Program-made: the position numbers and the translations under genes
The notes under the pieces: model-generated
The model's input: the letters and a program-made list of their open reading frames with translations, nothing else
Told to the model about the DNA's origin: nothing
Databases searched by the model: none
Shown here: one piece after another, positions 56,858-64,000 of the stretch
Position numbering within the stretch: position 1 is the stretch's first letter
How the letters are laid out: each line of letters begins with the position of its first letter
Sequence record: OZ346167.1
DNA length: 64,000 bases
Strand: one strand, 5' to 3'
Source of the DNA: a phage

Positions 56858-57530
56858 TGAAGTCCTGTGCCATGCTTATGACTTGCATCCTCATGAGTTA
56901 GGTCTTGATTCCTGTGTATGGACTCCAGAACAGTATAGGGATTTTGAAGACACTGCAAGAGAAGTTGTATGTTCACTTGAAGAGTTCCACACATCAGAAC
57001 CAATCGTGAACGTTGTGGACAAAGAGACTGGACAGACTGTAGGGGTAAGACGTGATAGCTTAGTCATAGTCAATAGAGACCTTGTAGAAAAAGGGAACCT
57101 CATCTTAGCAGATATTGATGGTGTTCTTACAAATTTTAATCCAGAAGATTACTCAACGGAATTGACTGATGGTTCATTTTCACAGTACACTAATCTCCTT
57201 GACTCTGTAAGAGCAAAACCAACGTATGTTTTCAATATCATTGATGCAATTGCTAATCATGCTGCCGTTGGACTCTTGACAGCGAGAGGCGAATCTCAGA
57301 GAATACCTACTGAGATGTTTTTAAGGCATAACACAGAGCATGACTACATGCTTTTTATGCGTGGTTTTGGGACTAACTCTATAAGTGCAGAAAGTTTGAA
57401 AGTGAGGATGATTCAGTCTTGCATTCTGCCTTACTTTAATATAGTATGTTTTATAGAAGACACAGAGAAGAATGTGCAGAAGGTGAACAGAATCCTTCCA
57501 CACATTAAAACCATGTTAGTTAAACATTGA
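56835..57530 (+). CDS. HAD-like hydrolase candidate
   Basis: LADIDGVLTNF resembles HAD motif I (DxDGxL). Confidence 0.3.
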   Translation: MKKLRKSDEVLCHAYDLHPHELGLDSCVWTPEQYRDFEDTAREVVCSLEEFHTSEPIVNVVDKETGQTVGVRRDSLVIVNRDLVEKGNLILADIDGVLTNFNPEDYSTELTDGSFSQYTNLLDSVRAKPTYVFNIIDAIANHAAVGLLTARGESQRIPTEMFLRHNTEHDYMLFMRGFGTNSISAESLKVRMIQSCILPYFNIVCFIEDTEKNVQKVNRILPHIKTMLVKH

Positions 57531-57540
57531 GAGAAAACTT

Positions 57541-58005
57541 ATGAACAATATCATTACGGTAGCACTGGACGTTACGGCAAACAAATCTGAAGTAGTTCGT
57601 AACATTATCAAGAGCAACTTTGAGGGTAAAATCTTCCGTGCTGTCAATGTAAAAGCAGACGGCAACATCCGAGAGTATCGTGCTCTTTTGAATGTTAAGA
57701 AACACGTCAAAGGTTCTGGTTCAACGACTGCACACAAAGAAAACCTGATGACCATCTATGATATGGGGATGGCCTCAGAATTAGGTGCTGAAGGTATCGT
57801 TAAAGAAGGTGCTCCGTATCGCTCTTTCAATCTGGAAACTGCTCTCATGCTTTCCTTTACAAGTGGTTCTAAAACAACTACTTATCTCTTTACTGATGCT
57901 GCAACGGTATCTGCTATCAAGGATAGCACTGTCAAAGCTGGGGTAGCTGCTGCTGCAAAAGCTTCTTCGATGGCTGCAAATGTCCTTGCTAAAGTCCTCG
58001 GTTAA
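57541..58005 (+). CDS. hypothetical protein
   Basis: 154-aa ORF followed by terminator. Confidence 0.35.
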   Translation: MNNIITVALDVTANKSEVVRNIIKSNFEGKIFRAVNVKADGNIREYRALLNVKKHVKGSGSTTAHKENLMTIYDMGMASELGAEGIVKEGAPYRSFNLETALMLSFTSGSKTTTYLFTDAATVSAIKDSTVKAGVAAAAKASSMAANVLAKVLG

Positions 58006-58018
58006 GGTTAAGATACAG

Positions 58019-58039
58019 GCTCCTTCGGGAGCCTTTTTC
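58019..58039 (+). terminator. rho-independent terminator (UUCG tetraloop)
   Basis: GGCTCC-TTCG-GGAGCC followed by TTTTT. Confidence 0.65.
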
Positions 58040-58057
58040 ATTTCAGGAGATTGTTAA

Positions 58058-58405
58058 ATGACATTTAAAGAGTTCTGTCAAGCTACTTTCATAATTGTTT
58101 TCTTAGTTGGGGCAGGTGTCTGGGGAGGATACTCTTACAGAGACTATCAAGTTGCTGAAACTGAGCTAAACAATCAAAAGCTCATAAGTGTTGCTAAAGA
58201 TGCTTATCAGGAAGGATTAGTCACACTGAGCACCAATTACAAAAATGATTTGAAAGATGTGCTTGCTAAGAATAAGCATACAAAAGAGGTACTAACATAT
58301 GAAAAAACTAAGCCAGAGTTTTATAATGTTTGTGTTACTGATAACTATGTCAGGGTGTTCAACGAACAAAGTGAACAGTACATTCAAAAACTTCCAAGTA
58401 AGTGA
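58058..58405 (+). CDS. i-spanin-like protein (N-terminal transmembrane anchor)
   Basis: 115 aa; N-terminal helix FIIVFLVGAGVWGG then soluble charged domain; 3' end overlaps a lipoprotein gene in another frame. Confidence 0.35.
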   Translation: MTFKEFCQATFIIVFLVGAGVWGGYSYRDYQVAETELNNQKLISVAKDAYQEGLVTLSTNYKNDLKDVLAKNKHTKEVLTYEKTKPEFYNVCVTDNYVRVFNEQSEQYIQKLPSK

Positions 58406-58568
58406 GAGTGATAAGTACACTCAAGAAGAATCACGTTATATCATCAAAGGCAACACAGGCAGTGATGTAGCAGCAGCCCTTGAGTTCTATCGTGACGGCT
58501 TTTACCAGTGTACAATCAAAGCTAATAACCTTATTGACATGATTTTATTAGGGAATAAGCAGCAATGA
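58299..58568 (+). CDS. o-spanin-like lipoprotein
   Basis: 89 aa; signal peptide with lipobox LITMSGCS; start embedded in the previous gene (Rz/Rz1-like overlap). Confidence 0.35.
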   Translation: MKKLSQSFIMFVLLITMSGCSTNKVNSTFKNFQVSESDKYTQEESRYIIKGNTGSDVAAALEFYRDGFYQCTIKANNLIDMILLGNKQQ

Positions 58569-58834
58569 CAGAGAATCAAGAGACTTTCTATGTAGAAGGT
58601 TACTTACTGTTACCACGACCAAAAGAAACTTATATGCGAATTGATTTCTCACCAACCATCATGGATAATGTGATGTGCCATATCTTTATGCAAGGTATCA
58701 CAGCACAACTTAAGCATGTTGGCAAAGAGTGCAAAATAAAGGTTGACACTCATCCAGAAATCAAAGAAAATCACTACACATGGTTCTTACCAGACTCTAA
58801 AGAAATCTTAGCAGTTCTTAAAACGAGGAAATGA
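58565..58834 (+). CDS. hypothetical protein
   Basis: 89-aa ORF. Confidence 0.3.
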   Translation: MTENQETFYVEGYLLLPRPKETYMRIDFSPTIMDNVMCHIFMQGITAQLKHVGKECKIKVDTHPEIKENHYTWFLPDSKEILAVLKTRK

Positions 58835-59145
58835 TTATGCAATTCCAGCCAACAAATCGTGGATTTTCTTATGCAGAATTTAAAGATGCTAAAGGGGAAA
58901 TTTGTACTTTACAAGAGAGTTCATCATACGAACCATGTATCTGGTTAGGTGCTAAAGAGGTCTCTGTTCAGTACCTAGACAATGGCTGGAAAACACTTGA
59001 TATCCCAGCATTAGTGGGCAAAGATTTTGTAGGTAACCAAAGAATGAAGCTCAATCAAGAACAGGTAAAAGAGTTGTTGCCGTACCTCCAATACTTTGCT
59101 GAAAATGGTGAATTACCAACAGAGGAACTTACAAATGCAGATTAA
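58831..59145 (+). CDS. hypothetical protein
   Basis: 104-aa ORF. Confidence 0.3.
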   Translation: MIMQFQPTNRGFSYAEFKDAKGEICTLQESSSYEPCIWLGAKEVSVQYLDNGWKTLDIPALVGKDFVGNQRMKLNQEQVKELLPYLQYFAENGELPTEELTNAD

Positions 59146-59461
59146 TGGAAGAGACTTTGTAGCCGTTTACTACGAGAAAGGTAAAGAGGTTGGTGTAGCA
59201 CAAGTAACTTATGGCAACGGTAAGTGGCTATATGGAACAATCGCAGTAGTAGGAACAAGAAGTGACACAAAAACTTTTAAAGATTGTGTTGACCTTCTTG
59301 AAGAATCCATCCAGAATCATTGGTGTCTGATATGGATGACTGATAACGAAGTGATGGAGCGTTTCAAAAAGATTGATATCAACATTGACAGTATTGAGCA
59401 TGTTGATTTATATGAGCTAACTGAGAAGGTAAACTATGAAAGTAATACTAGCCAGAGATAA
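59096..59461 (+). CDS. hypothetical protein
   Basis: 121-aa ORF. Confidence 0.3.
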   Translation: MLKMVNYQQRNLQMQINGRDFVAVYYEKGKEVGVAQVTYGNGKWLYGTIAVVGTRSDTKTFKDCVDLLEESIQNHWCLIWMTDNEVMERFKKIDINIDSIEHVDLYELTEKVNYESNTSQR

Positions 59462-59663
59462 AAAGACACGAAAACTTATCAGGTCAGCAGTGTTCATTGG
59501 ACGAAATGAGGTCATCCCATTTACAGCAAATGATGTGATAGCTTACAGGAAGAACTTAGTATTCACTGACTGCTTACGTGGCTTCATCTCTGAACCATTG
59601 GAAGACTTTAAAAGTCGTTGTGGTAAAGGTATCATCATTCAAGAGGCAATTATTCATGGCTGA
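59436..59663 (+). CDS. hypothetical protein
   Basis: 75-aa ORF. Confidence 0.3.
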   Translation: MKVILARDKKTRKLIRSAVFIGRNEVIPFTANDVIAYRKNLVFTDCLRGFISEPLEDFKSRCGKGIIIQEAIIHG

Positions 59664-59856
59664 CTTCTGTAAAGACTGTTCTATCGAAATGTTCGGACGT
59701 GATACAGGTGACTTAAAAGGTCTTATCACTGAAGAGGACTTTAAAGCTGGCTATGCAATGCCAGTAATCTGTGAAGGATGTGGATGTATCTGGGTAGACC
59801 ATGAAGGGCAACGTGTAAAACCTTCAGAAGATAAAGAATCTTGGGAGAGATGTTAA
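59578..59856 (+). CDS. small zinc-ribbon protein (true start probably at internal Met)
   Basis: CKDC...CEGCGC cysteine pairs. Confidence 0.3.
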   Translation: MASSLNHWKTLKVVVVKVSSFKRQLFMADFCKDCSIEMFGRDTGDLKGLITEEDFKAGYAMPVICEGCGCIWVDHEGQRVKPSEDKESWERC

Positions 59857-60636
59857 ATGGGTATTGTAAAAGTTGTAAAAGGTAACTTACTGGCTGCCTT
59901 CAAAAACACAGATATTGAGTTAATTGCTCATGGTTGCAACTGTCGTAACCTCATGGGTGCTGGAATCGCTCAAAAAATTGCTAAGATTTTCCCAAAAGCT
60001 GAAGAAGCTGACCGGAAATTCCATAAAAAGTTTGGCTACAGTGCTCATGATATCGGATACCAGATGGTGGGTGAGGTGTCACATGCTCGAACGGAGTACG
60101 GTTACATTTTTAACCTGTATACACAGTTGGATGTTGGGAAGTGTGCATCATACCGATACTTAGTGGAGTCACTAGAAAAACTCCGTAAGTTTTGCTGGCT
60201 GCACAACATTCGTAAGATTGGTTTACCCATGATTGGTGCAGGTATCGGTGGTTTAGATGCACAAGCTGTGAAAAGCCTCATTAATAGTGTTATGTACAAC
60301 GTTGATGTGTACCTATATGTCTATGATGAAGCAATGGCAAGTGTAGTTACCCCTAAGTATGCTACCTCAGCACCACAATTCTATGATGGTGTCGTGCTCA
60401 GTGATGGTAAGTCTAACCATGTTACCCTCTATCAGCTTGTTGATGGTGAAGTTGAGGTTAGTTACCCTCTGGTTAGTGAGATGGGTATGTGCAATAGTGA
60501 AATGTTCCCAGTTGACCCGTTTGGAAGATATGAAGGTGTATTCTTTGATAACTACCCAGCAGCGTACATCTACACAACAAATCAGGATGAAGTTCACTAC
60601 TTGCTGTATTCTAAAAAGTTCAAATTCATAAGCTGA
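59857..60636 (+). CDS. macrodomain protein (TARG1/OARD1-like ADP-ribose hydrolase) with C-terminal extension
   Basis: IAHGCNCRNLMGAGIAQKIAKIF and GLPMIGAGIGGLD align with the TARG1-type macrodomain signature blocks; ~100-aa C-terminal extension of unknown function. Confidence 0.65.
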   Translation: MGIVKVVKGNLLAAFKNTDIELIAHGCNCRNLMGAGIAQKIAKIFPKAEEADRKFHKKFGYSAHDIGYQMVGEVSHARTEYGYIFNLYTQLDVGKCASYRYLVESLEKLRKFCWLHNIRKIGLPMIGAGIGGLDAQAVKSLINSVMYNVDVYLYVYDEAMASVVTPKYATSAPQFYDGVVLSDGKSNHVTLYQLVDGEVEVSYPLVSEMGMCNSEMFPVDPFGRYEGVFFDNYPAAYIYTTNQDEVHYLLYSKKFKFIS

Positions 60637-60669
60637 TTAGTACTTCATAGTATCTACAAATCATCTAAG

Positions 60670-60718
60670 AAGGCTGCCTAACCCATTGAAAAATTTAAGG
60701 TAAGGCGGCCTTTTTCAT
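60670..60718 (+). terminator. terminator candidate after macrodomain gene
   Basis: AGGCTGCC ... GGCGGCCT stem with long loop, followed by TTTTTC. Confidence 0.4.
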
Positions 60719-61032
60719 TTTCAATTTGTGCAGGTATCTGTAGGGGTCTGTACAGATATCCCAAAAAATCTCATCGCCGGATAGAAAAATCATTCTCAAA
60801 ACGTGCAGACCCCGCTCAGGTCGGGCAAGAAAAATCATTTTAGAATTGTGCAGGTAGGTTTTTATAGAGAGCCAGCCCAGCCCCTCTCCCCCTCTTACTC
60901 CCCCTCTCCCCAAAAGTCAAGAGAAAAATTTGTAGCGGATTGAAAAATAATTCTTGATTTGCGTTCTGTTTTGTGGTAGTCGTGCGCACCCGTTTCATTA
61001 CAGTTTTGCCAAAAATATTTTTAAAATTTTTA

Positions 61033-61061
61033 TTGACTCTTTGAACGTGGTTACCTAATAT
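61033..61061 (+). promoter_or_regulatory. sigma70-like promoter followed by leader hairpin
   Basis: TTGACT-17 nt-TAATAT; hairpin GGGGAGGGAATGACCTTCCCC at 61072-61092; conserved leader ACTAAATAAAATCCTAAACTGGAGATTCAAAAATG. Confidence 0.6.
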
Positions 61062-61124
61062 TTACATCAACGGGGAGGGAATGACCTTCCCCACTAAATA
61101 AAATCCTAAACTGGAGATTCAAAA

Positions 61125-61313
61125 ATGGCATCAAGAAAAATTAAAGTTGGCGATGAGGTTAACATCAAGCACGAACACTCTTACAAAATGCTAACTATAC
61201 GCTCTTATAAGGTTTATCAGGTGGAAGCTATCCACAAAGATAACACTTTTTCCTTAAAAGGTTATAGCGAACGTTTCCCTGCTGAACTCTTTGAGAAATG
61301 GAGCGCGAAATAA
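61125..61313 (+). CDS. small hypothetical protein
   Basis: 62-aa ORF with conserved leader and GGAG RBS. Confidence 0.45.
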   Translation: MASRKIKVGDEVNIKHEHSYKMLTIRSYKVYQVEAIHKDNTFSLKGYSERFPAELFEKWSAK

Positions 61314-61519
61314 TGCTTTACAGTCGTGAATTGATGGTTACAACTAACGTTAACACAAAGGTAAAACGTTTTTACATGCAAATTTGTGGCGTATGGTCTA
61401 GAATATCAGAGGCTGACTATTGCAACTATGTAGAAACAGCTATAAACTCTAATTGCTATCTTACAAGAAATACAAGAAAGTACATAAGACAGACAGCAAT
61501 TTACTACTACGATAAATAA
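61298..61519 (+). CDS. small hypothetical protein
   Basis: 73-aa ORF overlapping the previous stop. Confidence 0.35.
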   Translation: MEREIMLYSRELMVTTNVNTKVKRFYMQICGVWSRISEADYCNYVETAINSNCYLTRNTRKYIRQTAIYYYDK

Positions 61520-61524
61520 AGTAC

Positions 61525-61560
61525 TTTACAAGGGGCTTATAGTTCGATAAAGTAAGCCCC
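61525..61560 (+). promoter_or_regulatory. promoter/stem-loop cassette (PeSL-like), copy 1
   Basis: TTTACA-17 nt-TAAAGT with hairpin GGGGCTTA...TAAGCCCC spanning spacer and -10; followed by conserved leader AGATAAAGAGCTTTACCACTAAATCCTAAACTGGAGA. Confidence 0.6.
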
Positions 61561-61605
61561 AGATAAAGAGCTTTACCACTAAATCCTAAACTGGAGAACT
61601 TAAAA

Positions 61606-61986
61606 ATGGCATACCGCGCACCGAAATTCATCAATAAAGAAAATTTTCGTAATGTATTAGAGAAGGCGCTTGATGAAAAATTTAACGGCAAAATAATTGT
61701 TGTTCACTCGTTCAATTTCAAGTATGATATCAACGGGAATAAAATCAACCATTACACGGCAACCATGTTAGATGGCAATCTTTCAAGTGAAAAAGCCGTA
61801 CTGAATGCACTTGCTGGACGTGGAAAAAATCTGATAAGATGTGATAAGAGACGTTATCAGGGCGGCGCATATGGTTATGATGATGCTATCTATCATCTTG
61901 AAAATATGGGCTATCAAGTAGAAAAAGCTGGAGTATCACAAATCATCGGGAGCGATGGTTATGTAACAATCTTCAAAATTAACTGA
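61606..61986 (+). CDS. small hypothetical protein
   Basis: 126-aa ORF behind cassette copy 1. Confidence 0.45.
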   Translation: MAYRAPKFINKENFRNVLEKALDEKFNGKIIVVHSFNFKYDINGNKINHYTATMLDGNLSSEKAVLNALAGRGKNLIRCDKRRYQGGAYGYDDAIYHLENMGYQVEKAGVSQIIGSDGYVTIFKIN

Positions 61987-61994
61987 TAAAGTAC

Positions 61995-62030
61995 TTTACA
62001 AGGGGCTTATAGTTCGATAAAGTAAGCCCC
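61995..62030 (+). promoter_or_regulatory. promoter/stem-loop cassette (PeSL-like), copy 2
   Basis: near-identical repeat of 61516-61608 (TTTACA, GGGGCTTATAGTTCGATAAAGTAAGCCCC, conserved leader). Confidence 0.6.
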
Positions 62031-62075
62031 AGATAAAGAGCTTTAACACTAAAATCCTAAATTGGAGATTCTAAA

Positions 62076-62369
62076 ATGGCTATTATCAGAAACGTTGTAA
62101 TTACTGCAAAGACTCGTGATGACGCTCGCGCTATGGCTAAAAAGTTATGCGGGAAAGTGGTTGACAACGGAAAACAATCTGCTGTAAGATGGGGCGTAAA
62201 GGTTGATAAACATTTGAAGTTAAAAAATTCACCGATAAACCTTTTTACATGTGTAAACACTATCGGGAAGACAAATGTATACACGAAAAAGGCATATATT
62301 AGACGCGTAGCATTAACATCCCCCATTCGTACAATGAGAAGTTATGCAAAGCTAAAAATTAACAAATAA
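62076..62369 (+). CDS. small hypothetical protein
   Basis: 97-aa ORF behind cassette copy 2. Confidence 0.45.
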   Translation: MAIIRNVVITAKTRDDARAMAKKLCGKVVDNGKQSAVRWGVKVDKHLKLKNSPINLFTCVNTIGKTNVYTKKAYIRRVALTSPIRTMRSYAKLKINK

Positions 62370-62374
62370 AGTAC

Positions 62375-62410
62375 TTTACAAGGGGCTTAAAAGCTGGTAT
62401 CTTAAGCCCC
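62375..62410 (+). promoter_or_regulatory. promoter/stem-loop cassette (PeSL-like), copy 3
   Basis: TTTACA-17 nt-TATCTT; hairpin GGGGCTTAA...TTAAGCCCC with a different loop; same conserved leader. Confidence 0.6.
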
Positions 62411-62454
62411 AGATAAAGAGCTTTACCACTAAATCCTAAACTGGAGATTCCAAA

Positions 62455-62967
62455 ATGAAAACTGTAGACGCTACCTTTGAAGTTGTAAAAGAAAAATTCA
62501 CCATTATTTATGAAGCTGTTAATTGCTACGAAGCAAGCCATAATCTTGATAATTGGAAGTTTACAGATGACCATCAAGGCGGCGTGACTATTAAAAACCC
62601 TAACTGTCAGCGTAACGATTTTAAATATGCAATCCCTTTAAATTATAGCCTTAAACAGCTTTCTAGTGACTATGCAAAACAAGGCCGGGAAAACCCATCA
62701 AAAGAGGCTTACACCAGCTTACAGAAAGAACTAGAAAGAGATTTAGAGGCTTCAGAATACAACCTTGCCGCGAAAGTTATCGATGCAAATGGCAACACGG
62801 TTTTAGAGAGTTTTTATCTAGGATATGCCTTTGATTGGTGCTATAGTGACGGCGATGATTTAGATGACAGACTAAAAGAGGAAGTGAACAATTCAGACGC
62901 AGAATCTGAAGTATTAGAACGTCTGGAATCATTAAAAGACTCAGTGATGAATATCTTTAAGAACTAA
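62455..62967 (+). CDS. hypothetical protein
   Basis: 170-aa acidic ORF behind cassette copy 3. Confidence 0.45.
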   Translation: MKTVDATFEVVKEKFTIIYEAVNCYEASHNLDNWKFTDDHQGGVTIKNPNCQRNDFKYAIPLNYSLKQLSSDYAKQGRENPSKEAYTSLQKELERDLEASEYNLAAKVIDANGNTVLESFYLGYAFDWCYSDGDDLDDRLKEEVNNSDAESEVLERLESLKDSVMNIFKN

Positions 62968-62976
62968 GTAGATTTC

Positions 62977-63011
62977 TTTACACGGGGCTATCAAGCTGAT
63001 AAGATAGCCCC
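62977..63011 (+). promoter_or_regulatory. promoter/stem-loop cassette (PeSL-like), copy 4
   Basis: TTTACA-17 nt-TAAGAT; hairpin GGGGCTATC...GATAGCCCC (stem sequence changed, pairing kept); same conserved leader. Confidence 0.6.
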
Positions 63012-63054
63012 AGATAAAGAGCTTTACCACTAAATCCTAAACTGGAGATTCAAA

Positions 63055-63351
63055 ATGAAATTATCAAATAAAGTCCGTGAAAATCTAAGCAAGTTACTCA
63101 ACAAAATTGATTTTATCGAGACATCAAGGAATAGCCACGATGTTATGGAATGGTTACACGGAAAAATTAAAGGCCGTCGTGTAGTGATTTGCTTATGGAA
63201 TAGTTGCAGGGAGTATAAAAAACCTGTATTGCAAGTCAATATTTATGATGATACTTTTAAAAGTCCAGTAAAGTCTAAAAGTGATTTATTAGAATCCTAT
63301 GAGATAGCTGTAAGTGGCAAAGTATCACGTAAAGAGGAATCACCATGCTAA
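63055..63351 (+). CDS. small hypothetical protein
   Basis: 98-aa ORF behind cassette copy 4. Confidence 0.45.
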   Translation: MKLSNKVRENLSKLLNKIDFIETSRNSHDVMEWLHGKIKGRRVVICLWNSCREYKKPVLQVNIYDDTFKSPVKSKSDLLESYEIAVSGKVSRKEESPC

Positions 63352-63677
63352 TGACTGGCATCACTGCAATTATAGCCATTTTCGCGCTCTATAAGGCATA
63401 TAAAGCCTATAATCTAGCAAATAAGGCAATCACACAGCAGGTTAGCAACAGCCTTGTAGAGAGCTTTCTAGAGCGTTTGAGTGATGAACAATTAAAACGG
63501 TTAGAAATGAGCTTCAGATTTCAATCAAAAACTTATCAAATCAGCGACATTTTCAAAGATGATTTTCAGCTAGTCGATGATTATAATGCTCTGATAAATG
63601 CTTTAAATATCAGTGACTTAAAAGACTATTACGCTGTAATTGTTCAAGAATTAAGCAAACGAAAACAAAACTGTTGA
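63345..63677 (+). CDS. small membrane-anchored protein
   Basis: 110 aa with N-terminal hydrophobic segment TGITAIIAIFALY. Confidence 0.4.
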   Translation: MLMTGITAIIAIFALYKAYKAYNLANKAITQQVSNSLVESFLERLSDEQLKRLEMSFRFQSKTYQISDIFKDDFQLVDDYNALINALNISDLKDYYAVIVQELSKRKQNC

Positions 63678-63702
63678 CACTGATTTCTAGATAGATTAAA
63701 TT
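63674..63702 (+). promoter_or_regulatory. sigma70-like promoter with downstream leader hairpin
   Basis: TTGACA-17 nt-TAAATT; then GGCGAGGGAATGAACTTCCCC hairpin and leader similar to 61066-61124. Confidence 0.55.
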
Positions 63703-63768
63703 ACACATCAACGGCGAGGGAATGAACTTCCCCACTAAGTAAAGTCCTTAAACTAGGAGATTCAAAAA

Positions 63769-64000
63769 TGTATACTACTAACAACGGTCGCACTTTGAAC
63801 GTAACCCTGCACCACTATGTGAACGGTGTAATGCACTTCGAGGATTTACAAGCCGAACAACATATCTTAGATTGGCAACTTGCAGGACTCCAAAAAACTG
63901 CTACCGGATACGGGAAAAAGATTCCAACTAGCTGGAAAGTATACTACGAAGGACGTTTGCGCAGAATTTATCAGGATGTATATAGCAATAGCACAACAAG
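63769..64000 (+). CDS. hypothetical protein (3' end beyond window)
   Basis: ATG at 63769 after conserved leader AGGAGATTCAAAAATG; open to window end. Confidence 0.4.

Noticed and set aside
61561-61605. Conserved leader read as a T4-type MotA-dependent middle promoter (GCTTTA box, 11 nt, TAAACT)
   Set aside because: Transcription from that -10 would leave too short a leader to include the conserved GGAG RBS, and no MotA/AsiA-like genes were recognised; the upstream TTTACA-17-TAAAGT promoter with embedded hairpin fits better.

Overview
This 64-kb window looks like a large part of a virulent, contractile-tailed dsDNA phage genome; no host genes are evident. All calls rest on motif recognition and gene order read by eye, with no database search run. 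Layout: (1) + strand morphogenesis block 1-22819 (large terminase, portal, prohead protease/scaffold, capsid, sheath, tube, tape measure, Mu/P2-like baseplate, two tail fibres with HxH repeats); (2) - strand block 23504-33514 (thymidylate synthase, DHFR, XRE regulator, ATP-dependent DNA ligase, HNH endonuclease, T7-type family A DNA polymerase); (3) + strand replication and nucleotide block 33742-52709 (dNMP kinase, gp4-like primase-helicase, SSB-like, FEN exonuclease, nrdA, nrdB, glutaredoxin, nrdD, nrdG); (4) an accessory block 52761-64000. Main observations: the DNA polymerase gene is interrupted inside motif B by a ~270-nt ORF-less group I intron, and nrdD by a 742-nt group I intron carrying an HNH endonuclease gene. 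A PRPP-synthetase-like gene sits next to a NAMPT-like gene, which is the gene pair expected for phage NAD+ reconstitution (NARP1-type counter-defence), and a TARG1-like macrodomain protein lies nearby. The last 3.4 kb is an array of small genes, each behind a repeated promoter/stem-loop/conserved-leader cassette. A ~430-bp G-depleted non-coding repeat region at 27100-27530 has no obvious explanation. The NAMPT-like ORF appears to change frame at a GGGG run.
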